Origin: Candidatus Mcinerneyibacterium aminivorans
GTDB lineage: Bacteria; Macinerneyibacteriota; Macinerneyibacteria; Macinerneyibacteriales; Macinerneyibacteriaceae
NCBI GenBank assembly: GCA_008086245.1
Contig: VSIX01000029.1
Coordinates: 11,813 to 75,812 of the forward strand
Reading direction: 5' to 3'
Length of the DNA stretch: 64,000 nucleotides
The translations under genes were made by a program, and so were the position numbers. Below, piece by piece: positions 58,801-64,000 of the stretch. The notes under the pieces are model-generated. The model searched no databases. It had not been told where the DNA came from and saw nothing but the letters and a program-made list of their open reading frames with translations. Numbering within the stretch: the stretch's first letter is position 1; the number at the start of each line of letters is the position of its first letter.

Positions 58801-58896
58801 CTCTTTTTCTCAACATTTGTTACCCTTATATTAATACCAACAATATATATGATAATTGAAAGAAAAAATGCTGCTGAAAGAGGTGAGTTGAAATGA
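55801..58896 (+). CDS. RND family efflux transporter (AcrB/HAE1-like)
   Basis: 1031 aa, 12 TM segments with two large periplasmic loops. Conserved VVDNGIVVLENI and VNNAIVLIDYIN motifs. Confidence 0.85.
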   Translation: MKLPNFGVKRPIATLMIFVAILFLGILSLMLLGIDLFPDISNPYASVITTYQGASAEDVEKKVTEVIEKNVSTVSNVKEVTSVSSEGVSAVTVEFEWGKDLDAGVSDLREALDFASADLPDDVGDPSIFKFDISQMPILFFAISAKYNTKQMRYIVDDQLVQPLKRVPGIGSVQMRGGPIREVRVYFDREKLNDIGLNVYTLAEMIDSQNQNIPAGNIENEKRDVLVRIPEEYESVEELKNLIVANKRGNIVRLKDVATINDDYYQEERYVEVNGKSGMVAMVQKQSGANTVQVIERAKEKMKEIEANLPSDFDVQIVFDNSEFIKDSINNLTKTIFTGGILVILIVLLFLRNIRGSAIIVLIIPFSLIIAFILLYVNGFTINMISLSALAVSIGMVVDNGIVVLENIYRHLEKGEKPNEAAMWGASEVGGAILASSITTAVIFLPIFFINDISAMLFKQLGYAMIIVLAGSLLASLLLIPMLASKFLKRKKIKSKFFNKSEAIFTKIEDIYGKIINWSIWHRKTTIISAVLIFAISIGVLLTSVGTEFMPTSDSGQVQMRVYTPQGTSLEKTKEIGLRLQKKIVDKYRDIIDKYYFIVGTSESNIGAAFGQDEGTNIAELSYQLVKVVNREKSSQEVTEEIRQMVEDTKGVEKISISSEDFFRQMFGGGGSPLRIEVYGYDLDETFELSKLVERRVSEIKGVRNTSISRDMGKPEIQLDFNRERLYQSGLSVGSIGNQVRAQFSGLIASKYRAEDEEYDIFMRLKDEYKKNISDIKGMYILNKMGNKIPLENLADVELSQGPVEIERKDQNRVIYVTANTYGRSFGEVASEVRDVLNRIEKPKGTDLVLTGQAKDQAKSFRLLALAVLAGIVLVYMVMASQFESLKDPFIIMFSIPFAFSGVFFILAITGVDLSIIVFIGMILLVGMVVNNAIVLIDYINLLRKRDYKLVDAILTACKQRLRPVLMTALTTMFGMLPLALSSGEGAESWIPLGISVIGGLFFSTFVTLILIPTIYMIIERKNAAERGELK

Positions 58897-59210
58897 AAAA
58901 AGTTAGTATAATATATTCAGCTACAATATTTGAAGAAATGAAAAAAGCTTTAGAAGATATCGGAATCAAAGCCTATTCAATTATTCCAACAGTTTACGGG
59001 AAAGGTTTATCAACCCAACCGAGATTTGACAGCCATGTATGGCCCGGAAAAAACCAGATGATTATCATTATCTGTGATGAAAAAAGCAGCAATTTAATAT
59101 TGGATGAAGTAAATCAATTGAGAAAAAAATTTCCAAAAGAAGGAATAATTGGATATATAGAAAATATTGACGACATTACAGAGCATGAGAAAATAAATCC
59201 TTTACAATAA
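58893..59210 (+). CDS. P-II-like (GlnB-fold) small protein translationally coupled to the RND pump
   Basis: 105 aa. MKKVSIIY..EEMKKALEDIGI...GKG...IIIICDE pattern resembles GlnB-like alpha/beta folds. Start overlaps the RND stop (ATGA). Confidence 0.4.
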   Translation: MKKVSIIYSATIFEEMKKALEDIGIKAYSIIPTVYGKGLSTQPRFDSHVWPGKNQMIIIICDEKSSNLILDEVNQLRKKFPKEGIIGYIENIDDITEHEKINPLQ

Positions 59211-59226
59211 AATAATAATTTTTTTT

Positions 59227-59247
59227 GGGGAGGGATTTTTCCTCCCC
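59227..59247 (+). terminator. Hairpin GGGGAGG-GATTTTT-CCTCCCC after the efflux operon
   Basis: 7-bp GC stem seen directly, flanked by T runs. Confidence 0.5.
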
Positions 59248-59318
59248 ATTCAATTATTTAAAAATTTCTTGTCATTAGTTACTAATAATATATAATTATT
59301 CTCGGATTTGGAGTTTTT

Positions 59319-60041
59319 ATGAAGACAAAAAAAATTTTTTTTTATATTGTTGTTTTTTTTATTTTTACTTATTTTAGAATATATTCTTTTTCTTTGGCTG
59401 AATCAGCAAATATAAAAAATAAATATAATATTACGAAAGAAGATATTTTATATATAGATAAAAATTTAAAAAATATTGATAACAGGAAATTTTTAAAAAT
59501 GTTAAATTTCAATACGAAATTATCAGAAAGTTATAAACCTAAAATGTTAAAACAGGTCCCTGAAAAATATACAAAAGATGAAAAAAAAGTACTTATTGAT
59601 TATAAGGTATATGAGGATCTTATAAAAATGATTAAAGCTGCAAAAAATGAAGATATAAATCTTAAAGTAATTTCTGGATATAGAAGTTATTTATATCAAA
59701 AAAAATTATATAAAAAAATGTGTGATAAATATGATGCAAATTATGCAAAAAAGTATATAGCCAAACCCGGATATTCACAGCATCAAACAGGAAAAGCAGT
59801 GGATTTTAATTCACTTATTATAGATCAAAAAAATAAAAAGATATTTCAGTGGTTGAAAGAAAATGCCTATAAATTTGGGTTTTCGTTATCCTATCCAAAA
59901 GATAAAAATGAAACTTCATATCAATATGAACCTTGGCATTATTTACATGTGGGAAAAGATGTTTCCGATATTATACATAATATATTTGGGGGTAATCAAA
60001 AAAAATTTTTATTATTCATAAATGAGTATATAAATCAATAA
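59319..60041 (+). CDS. D-alanyl-D-alanine carboxypeptidase (VanY / peptidase M15B family)
   Basis: SGYRSYLYQ, GYSQHQTGKAVDF and EPWHY are zinc-ligand motifs of M15B. Confidence 0.75.
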   Translation: MKTKKIFFYIVVFFIFTYFRIYSFSLAESANIKNKYNITKEDILYIDKNLKNIDNRKFLKMLNFNTKLSESYKPKMLKQVPEKYTKDEKKVLIDYKVYEDLIKMIKAAKNEDINLKVISGYRSYLYQKKLYKKMCDKYDANYAKKYIAKPGYSQHQTGKAVDFNSLIIDQKNKKIFQWLKENAYKFGFSLSYPKDKNETSYQYEPWHYLHVGKDVSDIIHNIFGGNQKKFLLFINEYINQ

Positions 60042-60050
60042 GGAGGATTT

Positions 60051-61346
60051 ATGCTAGATATTGAGTTTGTTGAGAAAAATAAAGATGAAGTGATAAAAAG
60101 ATTAAATAAAAGAGGAGAGGATTACAATTCAGAAATAAAGCAAATTTTAGAATTAAATAAAAAAAGAAAAAAAATTATAAATGAAGCAAACCAATTAAAA
60201 CATAAAAAAAATAAAATCTCTGAGAAAATAGGAGAACTTAAAAGAAAAGGAAAGAATAAGGAAGCAGATAGAATTATCAACGAAGTGGGGGAAATTAGCG
60301 ATCTAATTTCTGATTATGATGATAAACTTAAAAATGTTCAGGAAGAACTGGATAATGTTTTACTTAATATACCCAATATACCCGATAAAGATGTACCTGC
60401 GGGTGATAAATCTAATAATGAAGTAGTTAGAGTAATCGGTGAAAAACCTAATTTTGATTTTGATCCCCTCAATCATGTTGAAATTGCAAAAAAGAATGAT
60501 CTTATAGATTATAAGAGAGGGGTGAAATTAGGTGGTAATGGTTTTTGGATGTACAAAAATAAGGGAGCCATTATAGAATGGGCATTAATTAATTTTTTTA
60601 TTGATACTCATATACAAAACGGATATGAATTTATTCTTCCCCCTCATTTATTAACTGAGGAATGCGGTATAACTGCTGGACAGTTTCCTAAATTTAAGGA
60701 TGATGTTTTTTTTATAAAAAATTCAAAATTTAAGGATAAAGAACAGTTTCTTCTCCCAACAGCAGAAACTGCTATAGTTAATATGCATCGGGATGAAATT
60801 ATTGAAGAAGAGCAACTTCCAAAAAAATATTTTGCATATACGCCATGTTACAGAAGAGAAGCCGGCAGTTATAGAAAAGAAGAAAGAGGAATGATCAGGG
60901 GACATCAGTTTAATAAGGTAGAACTTTTTCAATTAACGACTCCTGAAAAATCTGATAAAGCTTTAGAAGTAATGGTAAATCAGGCGGAATCTCTTGTCAA
61001 AAAGCTCAATTTACATTATCGAATTACAAAACTTGCTGCTAAAGATTGTAGTTTCGCAATGGCAAAAACATTTGATATTGAGGTTTGGATACCAAGCATG
61101 AATCAATATAAGGAAGTTAGCTCTGTTTCTAATTCAAGAAATTTCCAGGCATTAAGGGGAAATATTCGCTACAAAAAAAATTCTTCTGACAGAAATATTC
61201 CAATAAACACTTTAAATGCATCCGGTCTGGCAACCAGCAGACTTTTTCCAGCAATAATGGAACAAAATCAAAATAGTGATGGTTCTTTTAGTATACCAGA
61301 GGTTTTAAAGAGATATATACCAGACAATTATAAAGATTTGGGTTAA
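60051..61346 (+). CDS. serS: Seryl-tRNA synthetase
   Basis: N-terminal coiled coil. Class II motifs (FAYTPCYRREAGSYRKEERGMIRGHQFNKVELF). 431 aa. Confidence 0.9.
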   Translation: MLDIEFVEKNKDEVIKRLNKRGEDYNSEIKQILELNKKRKKIINEANQLKHKKNKISEKIGELKRKGKNKEADRIINEVGEISDLISDYDDKLKNVQEELDNVLLNIPNIPDKDVPAGDKSNNEVVRVIGEKPNFDFDPLNHVEIAKKNDLIDYKRGVKLGGNGFWMYKNKGAIIEWALINFFIDTHIQNGYEFILPPHLLTEECGITAGQFPKFKDDVFFIKNSKFKDKEQFLLPTAETAIVNMHRDEIIEEEQLPKKYFAYTPCYRREAGSYRKEERGMIRGHQFNKVELFQLTTPEKSDKALEVMVNQAESLVKKLNLHYRITKLAAKDCSFAMAKTFDIEVWIPSMNQYKEVSSVSNSRNFQALRGNIRYKKNSSDRNIPINTLNASGLATSRLFPAIMEQNQNSDGSFSIPEVLKRYIPDNYKDLG

Positions 61347-61348
61347 GT

Positions 61349-61756
61349 ATGGGCAAATATTTATTGGATAACATCCCTGATGATTTGACTGTTATAGAAA
61401 GAGCAGCTTATATTAGTAAAAAAGTTAGAGAAATCGGTTTTGACTGGAAGGATACTGAAGAAGTATTTGAAAAAGTGGAAGAAGAATTTAATGAAATTAA
61501 TGATGAAATGAAGAGAAAAAATACCCGAAGTGATGAAAAATTAAAGGAAGAAGTTGGAGATCTTGTTTTTTCTCTTATAAATTTTTCTAATTTTTTGGGA
61601 TTTGATATAAGAGATGCTTTGGAAATTACTAATAAAAAATTTATAGAGAGATTCAGCTATGTTGAAGATAGCCTCAAAAATAATAATAGTAATTTATCCG
61701 GGGCTACATTAGAAGAGATGGAAAAATTGTGGAATAAAGCTAAAAATAAACCTTGA
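61349..61756 (+). CDS. MazG-like nucleoside triphosphate pyrophosphohydrolase domain protein
   Basis: EVFEKVEEEFNEI...EEVGDLVFSLINFSNFLGFD is the MazG EExxE/DxxF core. Confidence 0.65.
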   Translation: MGKYLLDNIPDDLTVIERAAYISKKVREIGFDWKDTEEVFEKVEEEFNEINDEMKRKNTRSDEKLKEEVGDLVFSLINFSNFLGFDIRDALEITNKKFIERFSYVEDSLKNNNSNLSGATLEEMEKLWNKAKNKP

Positions 61757-61805
61757 AAAATATTTAGGATATGATATTATTCTTTTCGATTTAGGAGGTA
61801 TTATT

Positions 61806-61994
61806 ATGGCAAAAAAATGTTATTTTTGTAATAAAAGTTCTTTAAAAGGGAATAAGATAAGTAGAGCAAAAAACAAATCCAAGAGAAGATTTAAACCTAA
61901 TTTGCAGCGTGTTAAAATTAAAGAGGAAGGAAAAACAAAAAAGGTTTATGTTTGTACAAGATGTATAAAAGCGGGAAAGACAATAAACTATTAA
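61806..61994 (+). CDS. rpmB: 50S ribosomal protein L28
   Basis: MAKKCYFCNKSSLKGNKISRAKNKSKRRFKPNLQ is the L28 signature. Confidence 0.85.
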   Translation: MAKKCYFCNKSSLKGNKISRAKNKSKRRFKPNLQRVKIKEEGKTKKVYVCTRCIKAGKTINY

Positions 61995-63703
61995 GGATTT
62001 TTGTATTTCCCTTAATTATTTTCCTATTTTCTTCCATTGCTCTTGCTCAAAATGAAAAAGTTAAACAGGTTTTAATAGAAGGCAACAAAACCTTTACTGA
62101 TTCTCAAATAAAGGATAGATTAAAACTCAAAAAGGGCGCAGAATTTTATTCAACCTTGTTTTTTTCTGATATAGATACTATTAATAAATTTTATAATGAG
62201 CAGGGCTATAAATATGCAAAAATATCAGCATCTTATGATATTGAAGGGAATGATATATCAATAACTATAGATATATTTGAAGGAAATCCCTTAAAAGTAA
62301 AAAAAATTATTGTTAATGATAGCAAATTTGAACTGGTTAAAATTACCAAAAAATTTTATGGAGATATATATTCTAAAAGTTTAATATCCACTTTAAAATC
62401 CTCCATTATCGATTATTTATCCAATAAAGGATATTTTCAACCCAAAGTATCCTTAAGTGAGACCATCAATAATAAAACGGATGTCACTGTTAATATAAAT
62501 ATTGAAGAAGGAAACATACATTATTTCGGGGATATTATGTTTACCGGACTTAATAAAATTGATAAAAAATATATAAAAAAACGTTTAACTTTTGAAAAAG
62601 GTGATAGGTATTCAAAAGAAAAAGTTATTAAATACAGAAAATTATTATATGATTTAAATGTTTTTAGACATATTCAAATTAAATATTATGAAAGGGAAAA
62701 AAAAGAAGTGGATTTGCTGTTTGATATAACTGAGGATAAATTCAAGTGGGTGGGTTTTAATGTTGGATATACTACTCCGGCTACAACCCGTTTTGGGCTG
62801 GAGTGGGGCAATAATAATTTCTTAAATAGATTACTAATATTAAAATTCACAAATGATAATAACATCGATTTTAATAAAAACTATTATGAGGTTAATTCAA
62901 ATTTAAATCTAACACAACCAAGATTTTTTTTTAATAGATTTAGCTGGGAAAACAACCTGGGATTAAAATTTGAAAAAGATGGAAAAACAAAATACAGCAA
63001 AATAATGTATAGTTCTTTATTCACAAAAGAAATAAGAAAAGATTATTTTTTTACTTTTGGTTTTGAAAAAAAATTGACTTTCTATGAAGATCTCGATATT
63101 GAGGGGAGTGGAGCTGAAAAAAATAAATGGCTGATCTCTAATAATTTAGTTGCAAAATATTATTATGATAATATCGAACGTAAATTAAATCCAGTAAAAG
63201 ATAGTTTTTATGTAAGCTTGTTTCAGAGATTTTCCGGATCAATTTTAAAGGGTGATTGGCAGTATCTGTATGGGAATTATGATACTACATTTTATAAAAA
63301 TCTTTATAGGTCAAAGTTCATAGCTTTATTTCATATTAACTATAAAATTTATAGCAGTATAAATAACAAATTAAAAGTTCCTTATGATGAATTAATATCC
63401 CTGGGCGGTGTTTATGATATCAGAGGATACAATTATAAAGGGATTGGTGATGAATTTTATAGAGCAATAATTATTAATATAGCTGAAAGGGTAAAAATAT
63501 ATAAAAAGCTCTGGGTTGAGAGTTTCGTTGATATTGGTGAAGGGATAAAAAGAAACGAAAAATTTAACAAAGAGAACCTAAAAGCTACTACAGGTTTGGA
63601 ACTTAGATATATTTTTCCATTTTTGGTTTTAAGAGCGGGATATGCATATAAAATATCTGATAAGGGAGAAGGATATTATTTAACAATAGGACAAATTTTT
63701 TAA
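61952..63703 (+). CDS. Omp85-family outer-membrane protein (TamA/BamA-like; POTRA domains plus beta-barrel)
   Basis: Signal peptide. POTRA-like VLIEGNKTFTDSQIKDRLKLKKG. C-terminal barrel ending ...LTIGQIF. Start overlaps rpmB by about 40 nt. Confidence 0.7.
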   Translation: MYKMYKSGKDNKLLRIFVFPLIIFLFSSIALAQNEKVKQVLIEGNKTFTDSQIKDRLKLKKGAEFYSTLFFSDIDTINKFYNEQGYKYAKISASYDIEGNDISITIDIFEGNPLKVKKIIVNDSKFELVKITKKFYGDIYSKSLISTLKSSIIDYLSNKGYFQPKVSLSETINNKTDVTVNINIEEGNIHYFGDIMFTGLNKIDKKYIKKRLTFEKGDRYSKEKVIKYRKLLYDLNVFRHIQIKYYEREKKEVDLLFDITEDKFKWVGFNVGYTTPATTRFGLEWGNNNFLNRLLILKFTNDNNIDFNKNYYEVNSNLNLTQPRFFFNRFSWENNLGLKFEKDGKTKYSKIMYSSLFTKEIRKDYFFTFGFEKKLTFYEDLDIEGSGAEKNKWLISNNLVAKYYYDNIERKLNPVKDSFYVSLFQRFSGSILKGDWQYLYGNYDTTFYKNLYRSKFIALFHINYKIYSSINNKLKVPYDELISLGGVYDIRGYNYKGIGDEFYRAIIINIAERVKIYKKLWVESFVDIGEGIKRNEKFNKENLKATTGLELRYIFPFLVLRAGYAYKISDKGEGYYLTIGQIF

Positions 63704-63704
63704 T

Positions 63705-64000
63705 ATGAAAAAAATATTAAGAACTATATTTGTTGAAATATTTATTTCTATTCTAATCTTTCTTACCATAATATTTTTTATTACATATATGAACATTGAT
63801 GATTACCTTACTGACAACTATCTTTCTTTAATTTTAAAAAAGTATAATGTTAAAATTGATAAAAACAATATAGATATTAGGTTCCCTTTTAAACTTGAAT
63901 TGAGCAATATAAGTATCGGAGGAGAATCCACTATCAAAGAAGCCTCAGTAATAGTTTCTCCTTTATCCTTTTTTTATAGGAATAAGATAAATATTATAAA
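63705..64000 (+). CDS. Partial N-terminus of a TamB/AsmA-like membrane-anchored protein (continues beyond the window)
   Basis: N-terminal TM anchor immediately downstream of the TamA-like gene. Only about 98 aa are visible. Confidence 0.35.
   Translation, partial: MKKILRTIFVEIFISILIFLTIIFFITYMNIDDYLTDNYLSLILKKYNVKIDKNNIDIRFPFKLELSNISIGGESTIKEASVIVSPLSFFYRNKINII

Noticed and set aside
1-64000. Search for CRISPR arrays, IS elements/transposases, integrases, phage genes, toxin-antitoxin pairs, rRNA and tRNA genes.
   Set aside because: None found. No regularly spaced direct repeats, no DDE/HTH transposase or tyrosine-recombinase signatures in any frame, and no GC-rich tRNA-like islands in the intergenic gaps. 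The window looks like core chromosome rather than a mobile or defence island.

Overview
This window is a strongly AT-rich bacterial chromosomal segment (by eye, about one-third GC or less; no computation run). It is densely coding and looks like an anaerobe's chromosome. I found no rRNA, tRNA, CRISPR array, transposase, integrase or phage genes. The centrepiece is a ~15 kb tightly coupled + strand operon (about 4.2-19.4 kb). It starts with a soluble FAD/NAD(P)-binding Fe-S module (HydB/AsrA-like and HydG/AsrB-like) and a HycB-like ferredoxin. It continues with a group-4 energy-converting [NiFe] hydrogenase core (NuoH/B/C/D-like), a full Mrp antiporter module (MrpA split plus MrpB-G, with two antiporter-like subunits) and a NuoI-like subunit. 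It ends with maturation genes hycI, a degenerate hypA paralog, hypB, a canonical hypA, and an unusual fusion of HypC to a HydE-family radical SAM enzyme. No hypD/E/F is visible in the window. Immediately downstream, under their own promoter, sit a GNAT acetyltransferase, an alanine-racemase-fold PLP enzyme and L-serine dehydratase. Other notable loci are a minus-strand tatA-tatC-NapH/NapG-like polyferredoxin fusion-DUF362 cluster; an ECF sigma/anti-sigma (CBM48-like) envelope locus; and a TetR-TolC-MFP-RND efflux operon with a translationally coupled P-II-like protein. Housekeeping genes include nadE, argS, glpX, smc, ftsY, serS, rpmB, a TamA/TamB pair, AlaX, CvpA and TatD. The standout candidate for something undescribed is the HypC::HydE-like radical SAM fusion inside a [NiFe]-hydrogenase maturation cluster. 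Many tracked start codons are TTG/GTG or run upstream of the real start; I have adjusted starts where the sequence supported it.
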